A stretch of DNA of 64,000 nt from Desulfobacterales bacterium (lineage in GTDB: Bacteria; Desulfobacterota; Desulfobacteria; Desulfobacterales; UBA5852): assembly GCA_963674755.2 (NCBI GenBank), contig CAXXVS010000001.1, positions 768,001 through 832,000 of the forward strand, in the 5' to 3' direction. The first letter of the stretch is position 1; each line of letters opens with the position of its first letter. This document shows, piece after piece, positions 39,025-48,487 of the stretch. The notes beneath the pieces were generated by a model. That model saw only the letters and a list, made by a program, of their open reading frames with translations. It ran no database searches and was not told where the DNA came from. The translations under genes were made by a program, and so were the position numbers.

Positions 39025-39261
39025 CCCGAGCGTGGTTGAAAAAAGAGGGGGCGGGCGATGGTAGCGCCGGCGGCTGGAAGCTTTCACGGACAAGACGGTC
39101 ACGGAAGTTGACCGCTAATACAATCCTGACAGCGCGGTAACATCACATGAATATTGCCGCAGCATAGTCTGAGGCCACAGCGGGCGACGAGCCCGCGACA
39201 CCCCGCGCGGCGCCTTAGCGATCCGCGGACAGCACTTACCAGAAGATCCGGGAGGGAGAGC

Positions 39262-40077
39262 ATGCCAGCGGCAGCCGTTCAGATCCAGCATGTCTACAAG
39301 TCGTTTCAGGCCGGAAAACCGGTATTGAAGGATATCAACCTGTCGGTCGCGCCGGGGGAGATGGTGGGGTTGATCGGTGCCTCGGGCTCCGGCAAATCGA
39401 CCCTGATCCGTATGATCAGCGGCCTGGAGACCATGGACCGCCGCGGCGGGCAGATCGCCCTTTTCGGCAAGGCGACCCAGGCCGCCGGCCGGCGCACGGC
39501 CGAACTGCGGCGTCTGCGGAGCAATGTCGGCGTCATCTTCCAGCAATTCAACCTCGTGGGGCGCTTATCACTTCTGAAGAACGTCCTGATCGGCAGCCTG
39601 GCCCATATCCCGAGCTGGAAAGGTCTGTTGAGTCTTTTCCCCCACCGGCAGAAGATCAAGGCGTTGCAGGCCCTGGAGCGCGTCAACATGGTCGAATATG
39701 CCCACCAGCGGGCCTCGACCCTTTCGGGGGGGCAGCAGCAGCGGGGCGCCATTGCGCGCGCCCTGACCCAGGAGGCCAAACTGATTCTGGCCGATGAGCC
39801 GATCGCCTCCCTGGACCCCGCTTCCTCCGATCTGGTCATGGACCTTTTAAGCGACATCAACCGCCAGGACCAAACGACCGTCGTCGTCTCCCTGCATCAA
39901 TTCGAGGTGGCGCGTGAGCGCTGCCGGCGGATCGTGGCCCTGCAGGAGGGACGGATCATCTACGACGGCCCTTCGGAAGGCCTCTGCGAGGACGATATTG
40001 CCGAGCTGTACGGCGTCGAAGCCACCAAGGCGGTCCGGGTCCCGAAAGAGTCGATCTATTTCCGGAAAGCCATCTAA
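39262..40077 (+). CDS. phnC: Phosphonate ABC transporter ATPase
   Basis: GASGSGKST, IFQQFNLVGRL, LSGGQQQR and ADEPIASLDP motifs. Confidence 0.95.
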   Translation: MPAAAVQIQHVYKSFQAGKPVLKDINLSVAPGEMVGLIGASGSGKSTLIRMISGLETMDRRGGQIALFGKATQAAGRRTAELRRLRSNVGVIFQQFNLVGRLSLLKNVLIGSLAHIPSWKGLLSLFPHRQKIKALQALERVNMVEYAHQRASTLSGGQQQRGAIARALTQEAKLILADEPIASLDPASSDLVMDLLSDINRQDQTTVVVSLHQFEVARERCRRIVALQEGRIIYDGPSEGLCEDDIAELYGVEATKAVRVPKESIYFRKAI

Positions 40078-40122
40078 TACCGATAGCCTTCCCCTATACC
40101 CCCTAACTGATCCATAAGGAGA

Positions 40123-41121
40123 GTGAAGATGGTGAAAAAGGTTTTCTATTTGGCGTTCATCGTACTGCTGCTTTGCGGCACGGCCCAAGCGGAGATGCCT
40201 GCGCGGATCAACTTCGGCATCATTTCGACGGAATCCACGACCGCCCTGGAACAAAGCTTCGGCCCTTTTATGGAGGACATGGCTGCCTACCTGGGTGTCC
40301 CGGTCAAAGCGTTTTTTGCCTCCGACTATGCCGGTGTGATCGAAGGCATGCGCTTCAAGAAGGTGGATGTGGCCTGGTACGGCAACAAATCGGCCATCGA
40401 AGCGGTGGATCGCGCCGGCGGGGAAGTGTTTGCCCAGACCATCAAGGACGACGGCTCACGCGGCTATTATTCCCTGCTGATCACGCAAAAGGATTCCGAT
40501 CTCAATTCCCTGGAAGACGTCCTGAAATGCGACGGGACCAAAACTTTCGGCAACGGCGATCCCAACTCCACGTCAGGCTTCGCCATTCCCGGCTACTACG
40601 TATGGGCCCTGCACAACCAGACGCCGGAGAAATGCTTCAAACGGGTGGTCAGCTCAAACCACGAAGGCAACGCCATTGCCGTGGCCACCGGAAAGGTCGA
40701 TGTGGCCACGAACAACACCGAATCGCTCTATGACCGTCTGGCGAAGACCCAGCCCAAAATGGCCGCCAATATCAAGGAGATCTGGCGCTCGCCCATGATC
40801 CCCTCCGATCCGATGGTCTGGCGCAAAGACCTTCCGGAAGATGCGAAGCAGAAGATTCTGTATTTCTTCATTCAGTACGGCCGCTTCGGTGATATGGCCA
40901 AAGTCGCCCGTGAGCGCAAGATCCTGGCCAACATGTCCGACGGCTGGGGCCCCTTCCTGGCCTCCTCCAACGCGCAACTGCTCGAAGTACGCCAGATCGA
41001 AGCGTTCAAGAAAAAGCTCAAGGCCGAGGCCAAGGGTGATGCGGCCGGCGTGAAGGCGGCGGAGGCTGATTTGGCGAAGCTGCAGAAAATGAGCGCCATC
41101 GTGGGCCAGGGCGGGTACTAG
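40123..41121 (+). CDS. phnD: Phosphonate ABC transporter substrate-binding protein
   Basis: NFGIISTES, DYAGVIEGMRF, GDPNSTSG, NHE and ATNNTE motifs. Confidence 0.95.
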   Translation: MKMVKKVFYLAFIVLLLCGTAQAEMPARINFGIISTESTTALEQSFGPFMEDMAAYLGVPVKAFFASDYAGVIEGMRFKKVDVAWYGNKSAIEAVDRAGGEVFAQTIKDDGSRGYYSLLITQKDSDLNSLEDVLKCDGTKTFGNGDPNSTSGFAIPGYYVWALHNQTPEKCFKRVVSSNHEGNAIAVATGKVDVATNNTESLYDRLAKTQPKMAANIKEIWRSPMIPSDPMVWRKDLPEDAKQKILYFFIQYGRFGDMAKVARERKILANMSDGWGPFLASSNAQLLEVRQIEAFKKKLKAEAKGDAAGVKAAEADLAKLQKMSAIVGQGGY

Positions 41122-41311
41122 AAGCTATCTCAAAAAAGTCTTTTGGCCCCATATCGGCGTTGGACGCTCGTTTTATGTCCTCGAAATACCGATGTATTCC
41201 TGCGGACACCCACCGCTGTAGAATCAATCAGATGGGAAGTCCCGCTCTGAGTGATAAAACTCGCGTCCGCCTTGATATGAAACCAAAATCCTAATTTTGA
41301 GATGGCTTCTA
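41119..41311. mobile_element. MITE-like element, family R2
   Basis: Terminal inverted repeats TAGAAGCTATCTCAAAA / TTTTGAGATGGCTTCTA; a shorter sibling lies at 45967-46054. Confidence 0.8.
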
Positions 41312-41541
41312 ATAAAAGAGGATTTGTATAACCGTCCGCCGGATGGCCCGAATCACCCCGGCGGCTTCCGGTAAGCGTGCCCGGCAGGAGGGCGGGGCTC
41401 CGGCCTCCCGCTCCTGCCTCCACCTTATGTAAGGAAACGCGTTCTTATCCGATGGGCATACGCCGCCGTCATCGCCAAACGGAATGCCGAATTGTCATCC
41501 CCATGCGCCTTAACGTCTACCCCATGCGAAACAGTGGTCCC

Positions 41542-42360
41542 ATGAATCGTGAACCCCACGAGCGACTATCGCCGGCTGTCCGAGCCCAACTGAAACCGCG
41601 CTGGTCCGGCACCCTGGTCAATGGCACCATGGCCTTGATCCTGGCGACCCTGCTCGGGTTGTCCTACTACCCGGCCGAAATGAACAACTGGACCATGCTG
41701 TTTACGGATGCGGGCAACATGGCCGTGTTCATAGCCGACTTTCTGAAGCCCGACTTCAGCGACATCCGGATGTTTGTGGCCAAAATGCTCGAAACGGTCG
41801 AGATGGCGCTCTGGGGGACATTTCTCTCGACGCTTTGCGGGATCCCCTTTGCGCTGCTTTCTTCCAGCAACATCGCCCCCTTCTGGATCGTGCAGCCGGC
41901 GCGCCGCCTGATGGATGCGGCCCGCGCCATCAATGAACTGGTGTTTGCGATCCTGTTCGTGGCGGCGGTGGGATTGGGGCCCCTGGCCGGGGTCATGGCC
42001 CTGTTCGTCCATAACCTGGGTATCATCAGCAAATTGTTTTCCGAGGCCGTGGAGGCCATCGACCAGCGCCCCGTGGAAGGCATCCGTTCCACCGGCGCCG
42101 GCTATTTGCACGAAATCATCTACGGCGTCATCCCGCAGGTTCTTCCCCTCTGGACCAGCCTGACCCTCTACCGCTTCGAAACCAACGTCCGTTCGGCCAC
42201 CGTGCTGGGCATCGTCGGGGCCGGCGGCATCGGTTTCACCTTCTACGAGTCCTTCCGTGCCTTTCAATACCCCCGGGCCTCGGCGATCATCCTGGTCATC
42301 GTGGTTGCCGTAAGCCTGATCGACCTGCTCTCCGCCCGTCTGCGCAGGCGTTTGATTTAA
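41542..42360 (+). CDS. phnE: Phosphonate ABC transporter permease
   Basis: RAINELVFA, GLGPLAG, KLFSEAVEAID and FETNVRSATVLGIVGAGGIG motifs. The start is uncertain (41503/41524/41542). Confidence 0.93.
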   Translation: MNREPHERLSPAVRAQLKPRWSGTLVNGTMALILATLLGLSYYPAEMNNWTMLFTDAGNMAVFIADFLKPDFSDIRMFVAKMLETVEMALWGTFLSTLCGIPFALLSSSNIAPFWIVQPARRLMDAARAINELVFAILFVAAVGLGPLAGVMALFVHNLGIISKLFSEAVEAIDQRPVEGIRSTGAGYLHEIIYGVIPQVLPLWTSLTLYRFETNVRSATVLGIVGAGGIGFTFYESFRAFQYPRASAIILVIVVAVSLIDLLSARLRRRLI

Positions 42361-42367
42361 AGCTTAG

Positions 42368-42526
42368 TGGCTCTATTTACAAATACGCTGACATTCAGCC
42401 GTCAATTCATCCTGCCGTACGGTGTTGCGCAAACACAGCCTATTCCGGATAGGCTTTAGTTTGCGCGCCTTGTCCGCCAGGCGACTTGACGACCTCATGA
42501 CGTCACCGTATTCACGAACAGGACCA
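42368..42526. repeat. Degenerate long palindromic element (R2-like) between convergent genes
   Basis: Imperfect terminal inverted repeats (TGG...AATACG / CGTATT...CCA), inner GCGCAAAC.AGCCTAT/ATAGGCT.GTTTGCGC, and GTGTTG/CCTTG motif. Confidence 0.6.
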
Positions 42527-44659
42527 TTTAGGCCCGCTTTCAAACAGGGCATCCACCACCACCGGCCGGCCATCACAGATGAGAATGGGGTTCAGGTCGA
42601 CGGCGGCGATTTGCGGAAAGTCCAGGGCCAGTTGCCCCAGGTTGACCAGGATGTCTGCCAAGGCCCGGCGGTCGACCGCGGGGCGGCCGCGGTGGGCCTC
42701 AAGGAGGGTCTGGGCGCGGATCGAGTCGATCTGGTCGAGGGCTTCGGATAGGGTGATGGGGGCCAAGCGCATGGCGGTATCCTGCAGGGCTTCGGCCCAG
42801 ATGCCGCCTAAACCGAACAGGAGACAGGGGGGGAACCCCGGTTGGCGGTGGATGCCGGCGATGAATTCCCGGTCGCCGGCTACCATTTCGCAGACCAGAA
42901 AGGCAGCGTCGGTCGTTTGCATTTGGATGGCGCGGCAGGCTTCCGCCACTTCTGCGGCCGTTGCCAGATTCAGGTGGACCAGTCCGTGTTCGGTTTTATG
43001 GGTCAGGTCCGGGTGGCAGCCTTTGAGCACGACGGGGTATCCCATGGCTTCGGCCGCGGCAACGGCATCCCCAGGCGATTCGGCCAGGGTTTCGCGGCAG
43101 GTCGGAATCCCGTAGGCCCGTAATACTGCTTTGGCCCGGAATTCATCCCATCCTGTCTCAAGAGCGTCATCCACCAGGCGCTGCGCCGCAGCAGGGATAG
43201 CTGTCGCTGTGACGATCGCGTCGTCAGCCCGCGACGCTATGGTGCGGTACCGCTGGAGGGTCGCCATGGCGGCCGCGACTTTTTCGGGGCTGTTAAAAAC
43301 CGGAATGCCCCCGTCCTGAAGCCGGCGGGCGGCCCGATCGTCTCGCCCGAAAAAAGAAGACGCGATGACCGGCTTGTTGAAACGCGCCGGCATTTGGATA
43401 AGATCGGCCACGTCGGCCTTCACGTTTTTGCGGAAATCCTCCTGGCTGATGTCGAAGATATTCTTGAACACCGGGTAGGCCAGGTCCGCCCAGCCGGTGT
43501 CCATGATGCCGTGAATCAGGAGGGCATCCACTTCATCCGAGGCGAGCAGGGCTTCGGGCAGGGTTCGGGTCATCAGGGTCATGTCCACATGGAAGGTCAG
43601 ATCCACCGGATTGGCCGTACTGGCATGCCCCGGCAGCAGGGCCTGGAGTTTCTCCTGCAGGGTGGCGCTAAAGGTCGGCACCGTCATACCCATGCGGTCC
43701 AGCGTATCGGCCATGGCCGTACCGGGGCCGCCGGAATTGGTCAGGATGGCAACCCGCTTGCCGGCCGGCAGGGGCTGGGTCGCCAGGACCTGTCCGAAAC
43801 GGTAGACATCTTCGATGGATTGGACCCGGATCACACCGGCCTGCCGGAAAAGCCCGTCGTAGATCTCATCCGATCCGGCCAGGGCGCCGGTGTGGCTGGA
43901 TCCCGAACGGGCGCCGGCGTCACTTCCGCCGACGTATTGGGCAATGATGGGTTTGCGGCGTGTAATGCGGCGGGCCGCTTCAAGAAAACGCGCGGGCCGT
44001 CGAATGCATTCGATGTACATCCCGATGGCCTTGGTATCCGGGTCATCGGCCATATAGTCAAGGACATCCACCAGATCGATGCTGGCTTCGTTGCCGACAC
44101 TCACGGCCTTGTCGAGGCGTACGCCCCGTTCGTGGAGATAGCGCAGGGTCTGGGTGATATAGGTGCCGCTCTGGGAGATCAGGCTGAGGCCGCCAGGGGG
44201 CGATACCAGGGGCGCGGCCGTCACATTCAGGGGCAGGCGGGTGTTGACCAGTCCCATGCAGTTGGGGCCCAGGAAGCGCAGTCCATGGGCGTCGGCGGCC
44301 TCCATGAGCGCGGCCTCCCGGGCTTGCCCGTCTTGGCCGGTCTCCTTGAACCCGGCCGTGATGATCACGGCGTGGCGGGTGCCCAAGGCTCCGAAGCGTG
44401 CGATCATGTCCGGCACCAGGCGACCGGGCACCACCAGCATGGCCAGATCGGGAACTTCCGGCAGATCTTCGATACGCGGGTAGGCTTGGGTGCCGAAAAC
44501 GTGGCTCTCGGTGGGATGGATAGGGTAGATCGGACCGGGAAAACCGCTGTGGCGCAGGTTGAGGAACTGGATCGTGCCCATTTTGAAGGGATTGTTGCTG
44601 GCGCCTGCGATGGCGATGGAACGGGGGCACATGATGGTCCGGAGAGGATTGGTCGGCAT
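42512..44659 (-). CDS. Acetate/acyl--CoA ligase (ADP-forming) family, alpha-beta fusion
   Basis: GPNCMG, SQSG, GNEA, SHTGALAG, NSGGPG, NPVD, HKTE and DLNP motifs. Confidence 0.92.
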   Translation of the reverse strand: MPTNPLRTIMCPRSIAIAGASNNPFKMGTIQFLNLRHSGFPGPIYPIHPTESHVFGTQAYPRIEDLPEVPDLAMLVVPGRLVPDMIARFGALGTRHAVIITAGFKETGQDGQAREAALMEAADAHGLRFLGPNCMGLVNTRLPLNVTAAPLVSPPGGLSLISQSGTYITQTLRYLHERGVRLDKAVSVGNEASIDLVDVLDYMADDPDTKAIGMYIECIRRPARFLEAARRITRRKPIIAQYVGGSDAGARSGSSHTGALAGSDEIYDGLFRQAGVIRVQSIEDVYRFGQVLATQPLPAGKRVAILTNSGGPGTAMADTLDRMGMTVPTFSATLQEKLQALLPGHASTANPVDLTFHVDMTLMTRTLPEALLASDEVDALLIHGIMDTGWADLAYPVFKNIFDISQEDFRKNVKADVADLIQMPARFNKPVIASSFFGRDDRAARRLQDGGIPVFNSPEKVAAAMATLQRYRTIASRADDAIVTATAIPAAAQRLVDDALETGWDEFRAKAVLRAYGIPTCRETLAESPGDAVAAAEAMGYPVVLKGCHPDLTHKTEHGLVHLNLATAAEVAEACRAIQMQTTDAAFLVCEMVAGDREFIAGIHRQPGFPPCLLFGLGGIWAEALQDTAMRLAPITLSEALDQIDSIRAQTLLEAHRGRPAVDRRALADILVNLGQLALDFPQIAAVDLNPILICDGRPVVVDALFESGPKWSCS

Positions 44660-44693
44660 ATCTCGTCCTTTAGTCCTTTAATGGAAAGCATTT

Positions 44694-45026
44694 CGCCGCA
44701 GATGGGTACCGATAAAATGCTTAAGACATTTCACCACGAAGATCACGAAGATCAAGAGGAAATGATTAGTGGGCATTAATGAATACAAATGACGCAGATA
44801 AATGTGAACTAACCAAAAAGCATTTACCATGAAGGGCATGAAGGTTATGAAGATATCAATTTGTCGGGGACAAATTAATAAAAGATAATTCTATTAGTGA
44901 TATCTTCGTGTCCATTGCGGTCTTCTTCGTGGTGATTTTTTAAGCTATGTTTCGCTTTCATGTCCTTCATGAACTTCATGGTAGAAGGAGTTTCTGAAGT
45001 AACCTGCGCCTATCCGCGTCGATCTG
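44694..45026. repeat. Composite 9-mer inverted-repeat module (family R3)
   Basis: ACCACGAAG-n, ACCATGAAG-n, palindrome ATCAATTTGTC..GACAAATT, CTTCGTG..GGT and CTTCATG..GGT. Confidence 0.85.
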
Positions 45027-45034
45027 TTTTCCTG

Positions 45035-45751
45035 TTATAAGATTCCCTTGCCGTTACGGGTTGAAGCAGGATCCAGGCGATGGTAGGCCATTACGAATTC
45101 CACCACGAAATCGGCATACTGATCCACTTCCGTGTGGTGTTTGGCATATTTCCAGCGCTTGACATACCAGTCCTGCAGGAGCGCCTTGATGCCGCTGGCG
45201 CTCTGCCGGGGATCGCGGGGTGCAAAGCGCCGGGCCTCCTGACCCTCCTTAAGGATGTCGGCCAGGAGTTGATCGGTATAGAGTTCGCTGGCAATGGTCT
45301 TCTCTTTTTCCTTGGGGCTCATGTTTTTGGCTTCCATGAAGGAAAAATAAAACCAGGGCTGCAGGGCTTCGCTGAGATAGATGTGGACCCGGATGGCGGT
45401 TTCCAGTTTGGCGACCGGATCGCTGATGGGGTGGATATGCTCCTCGAGTAAGCGCTGCACCAGGCGTCGCCCCTGCCGCAGGATCATGTCCAGCAACTCG
45501 TCTTTGCTGGCGAAATAGGAATACAGGGCCCCCATGCTGAGGCCGGTTTCTTTGCTGAAATCCCGCATGCTCATGGCCTGAAACCCTTTTTCGTTGCTGA
45601 TTTTCAGGGCGGCATCAAAGATGCGGGCCAGGTTGCGGATGACGGTTGCTTCCTTCTTGACCTGAATCCGGTCCCGGTAGGCCTGGTAGATCTCCTGGTA
45701 GAGATGCTCCCTGGAGATGGCGATGGTTTGCTGAAATTCCCGGTAGTTCAT
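45035..45751 (-). CDS. TetR/AcrR family regulator
   Basis: KGFQAMSMRDFSKETGLSMGALYSYFASKDEL helix-turn-helix. Confidence 0.93.
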   Translation of the reverse strand: MNYREFQQTIAISREHLYQEIYQAYRDRIQVKKEATVIRNLARIFDAALKISNEKGFQAMSMRDFSKETGLSMGALYSYFASKDELLDMILRQGRRLVQRLLEEHIHPISDPVAKLETAIRVHIYLSEALQPWFYFSFMEAKNMSPKEKEKTIASELYTDQLLADILKEGQEARRFAPRDPRQSASGIKALLQDWYVKRWKYAKHHTEVDQYADFVVEFVMAYHRLDPASTRNGKGIL

Positions 45752-45763
45752 AAAAACCTTTGA

Positions 45764-46190
45764 TCCACTACAGATGCATATCGATTGGGCCTGCTAAAAA
45801 GCTGTTCACCACGAAGAGCACGAAGGGTACGAAGAAAAGCCAAATAGAGCACAGATTGAAACGGTTGACACAGATAAATGGGAAACCAAAAGACCATTTA
45901 CCATGAAGAGCATGACGGTCATGAAGATATCAATTTGTCAGGGGAAAATTGATAAATAAATTCTTTTAGAACCTATCTCAAAATTAGGATTTTCGTTTGA
46001 GACAAGGCTTCAACGCCGATATCGGGCGAAAAAACTTTTTTGAGATGGCTTCTAATGAAATCTTCGTGTCCCTCGTGCTCTTCGTGGTGATCGGTCCTTC
46101 TCTTTGGTTTTACCCTTCAGGCCCTTCATGAACTTCATGGTAGAAAGGGTTTTTACCTTTATCTGTGTTCATCTGCGTGCTTCATGGTAA
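45764..46190. repeat. Composite R3 module containing an R2 MITE
   Basis: Same block order as 44694-45026, with an 88-bp TIR element inserted after the central palindrome. Confidence 0.85.
45967..46054. mobile_element. Short MITE, family R2 (inverted, internally deleted relative to 41119-41311)
   Basis: TAGAACCTATCTCAAAA ... TTTTGAGATGGCTTCTA. Confidence 0.8.
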
Positions 46191-46196
46191 TAAGGG

Positions 46197-48011
46197 TTAT
46201 CCGCCAAACGCTGCGTCTTCCATCGCCACCGCCGCATCCGAACAATCTTCGATGGCAGCCATTTTCCCGAGCGTTACCGGCAAAATGGTGCGGATGAAAA
46301 ATTCGGCGGTCTTGATTTGCCCCTCGTAGAAAGGCTGATCCTTTTTCTTGGCCTGCGCGAGGTTTTGCGCGGCCACGGTGGCGCGCCACAGAAGCATCCA
46401 GGCCATGATCACATCCCCCATGACCTCAAGGAATGGCACCGAATGGGAAAAGGCCGCCTTGATCTTGGGCGACATGGCGGTTTGCCCCAGGTGAAAGGCG
46501 ACCTGGCCGAGCCGGTCCACGGCCGCGTCAAAGCGCCCGGCCATGTCCGCGGTGGCTTCCTGGGCCTTGGCGACCTCGGCGGCTTTTTTCATCCGGCCCA
46601 GGAAGTCCATGTAAACCGTGCCCTTTTTCTGGCCCAGCTTGCGCCCCAGCAGATCGAGGGCCTGGATGCCGGTGCAGCCCTCGTAGATGGTGGTAATTTT
46701 GCAGTCCCGGGCAATGGCCTCCATGGGGTAGTCTTTGGTATAGCCGGCCCCTCCGAATACCTGAATGCCCTGCACGCAAACCTCGTAGCCGCGCTCGCTG
46801 CCATAGCCCTTGATGATGGGCGTCAGCAACCCCAGCAGGTCCATCAAGCGGGTCTGCTCTTCTTCGGAATCGGCCACTTTGGCCCGATCGGTCAGGTTCC
46901 AACAGTAGTAGATCAGCGCCCGCAGTCCTTCCACATGGGCTTTCATCCACAGGAGGCTGCGGCGGATGTCGGGGTGACGGATAATGGCCACAGACTGGGC
47001 GTCGCGATTCTTGAAATCGTCCAGATCGCGGCCTTGGATGCGTTTGCGGGCATAGTCCAGCGCATAGCAATAGGAGGTGGAGGCATAGGCCAGGGCTTGC
47101 AGGCCGGTTCCCAGGCGGGCGCCGTTCATCATCTGGAACATGATTTCCATGCCCTGGCGCTCCGATCCAAGGAGGTAGCCGATGCATTGGCCCTTGGTTC
47201 CCAGGGCCATGCTGCAAGTGGCGCTGGCGTGGATGCCGTGCTTTTCTTCCACACCGGTACAGACGATATCGTTGCGTTCCCCCAGACTGCCGTCCGGGTT
47301 GACCATAAACTTGGGGACGATGAAGATGGAGATGCCCTTGGTGCCCTTGGGGTCGCCCTCGATACGGGCCAGCACCGGGTGGATGATGTTTTCCACAAGG
47401 TCATGTTCGCCGTTGGTGATGAAGATTTTGTTGCCGGTCAGGGAATAGGTGCCGTCCGGGTTGCGGGCGGCAGTGGTGGTGAGAGCCCCCACGTCCGAGC
47501 CGGCGTCCGATTCGGTGAGCAGCATGGTGCCCCCCCATTTTCCGGTGTAAAGATTTTTGAGGTAGGTCTTTTTCTGTTCTTCAGTGCCGTAGTTCTCGAT
47601 CATGTAGCCGGTGCCGACCCCCATGGAGCCATAGGAGCTGATGGCCCAGTTGGCGCCCATGAGATATTCGTCCACAGCGACCGCCAACGAATGGGGCAAG
47701 CCCTGGCCGCCGTATTCGGTATCCATGGCCGGGGCCGTCCATTCGCTCTCCAGATAAAGTTGATGTACCCGGTGGAAGCTTTCCGGCACCTTGACGGTGC
47801 CGTTGCCCTCGTAACGCACACCGATGCGGTCGCCCTCCTCGTAGGTCGGCAGCATTTCCTTGATGGCAAACCGCCGGCCTTCGCTGAGGATCAGGTCGAA
47901 GGTTTTGCGGTTGAATTCCTTGAAGAGGTCCGCCTGGGTCAGGTTTTCGATGTCAAGCAGCTCGTAGAGGACGAAGTCGATGTCCCGTCGGTCGGCGATG
48001 AGTTGGGCCAT
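46197..48011 (-). CDS. Acyl-CoA dehydrogenase (long, about 600 aa type)
   Basis: GTMLLTESDAGSDVG, GNKIFITNGEHD, QVFGGAGY and IYEGCTGIQALDL motifs. Confidence 0.95.
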   Translation of the reverse strand: MAQLIADRRDIDFVLYELLDIENLTQADLFKEFNRKTFDLILSEGRRFAIKEMLPTYEEGDRIGVRYEGNGTVKVPESFHRVHQLYLESEWTAPAMDTEYGGQGLPHSLAVAVDEYLMGANWAISSYGSMGVGTGYMIENYGTEEQKKTYLKNLYTGKWGGTMLLTESDAGSDVGALTTTAARNPDGTYSLTGNKIFITNGEHDLVENIIHPVLARIEGDPKGTKGISIFIVPKFMVNPDGSLGERNDIVCTGVEEKHGIHASATCSMALGTKGQCIGYLLGSERQGMEIMFQMMNGARLGTGLQALAYASTSYCYALDYARKRIQGRDLDDFKNRDAQSVAIIRHPDIRRSLLWMKAHVEGLRALIYYCWNLTDRAKVADSEEEQTRLMDLLGLLTPIIKGYGSERGYEVCVQGIQVFGGAGYTKDYPMEAIARDCKITTIYEGCTGIQALDLLGRKLGQKKGTVYMDFLGRMKKAAEVAKAQEATADMAGRFDAAVDRLGQVAFHLGQTAMSPKIKAAFSHSVPFLEVMGDVIMAWMLLWRATVAAQNLAQAKKKDQPFYEGQIKTAEFFIRTILPVTLGKMAAIEDCSDAAVAMEDAAFGG

Positions 48012-48049
48012 TGTAATAATTCCTTTTCTGTTAAAATTCAAACGGCAGT

Positions 48050-48464
48050 TACCACGAATATCACGAAGTAAACCGATTTTTTAGTTAGAGATTAAAGCTG
48101 ATAGGCAGAGAAAAAGCGATTACCATGAAGGTCATGAAGAAATCAATTTGTCTGCAACAAATTGATTAAATTACGTTGTGTCCCTTTGTGCTTATCGCGG
48201 TGAATAACTATTTTAATTGGTTTTTACCTTCATGTTCTTCATGTACTTCATGGTAAACATCTTTAGATTTACATCTTTTGATCTTCTTCGTGTACTTCGT
48301 GCTCTTCGTGGTGAATAACTATTTTAATTCGTTTTTCCTTCATGTTCTTCATGCACTTCATGGTAAACATCTTTAGATTTACATCTTTCGACCTTCTTCG
48401 TGTACTTCGTGCTCTTCGTGGTGAAATATTTTTTTAATGGTTTTCCCTACATTTTCTTCACGGT
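48050..48464. repeat. R3 module with internal tandem duplication of about 110 bp (48199-48425)
   Basis: GGTGAATAACTATTTTAATT...CTTCATGGTAAACATCTTTAGATTTACATCTTT..CTTCGTGTACTTCGTGCTCTTCGT occurs twice. Confidence 0.85.
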
Positions 48465-48487
48465 AGACAACTTTTAGTTTTCTTCTT

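Noticed and set aside
39080..39150. Pho box upstream of phnC
   Set aside because: GTCAC/TGAC/TAAC half-sites and a TACAAT exist, but spacing and orientation do not fit the consensus well enough to call.
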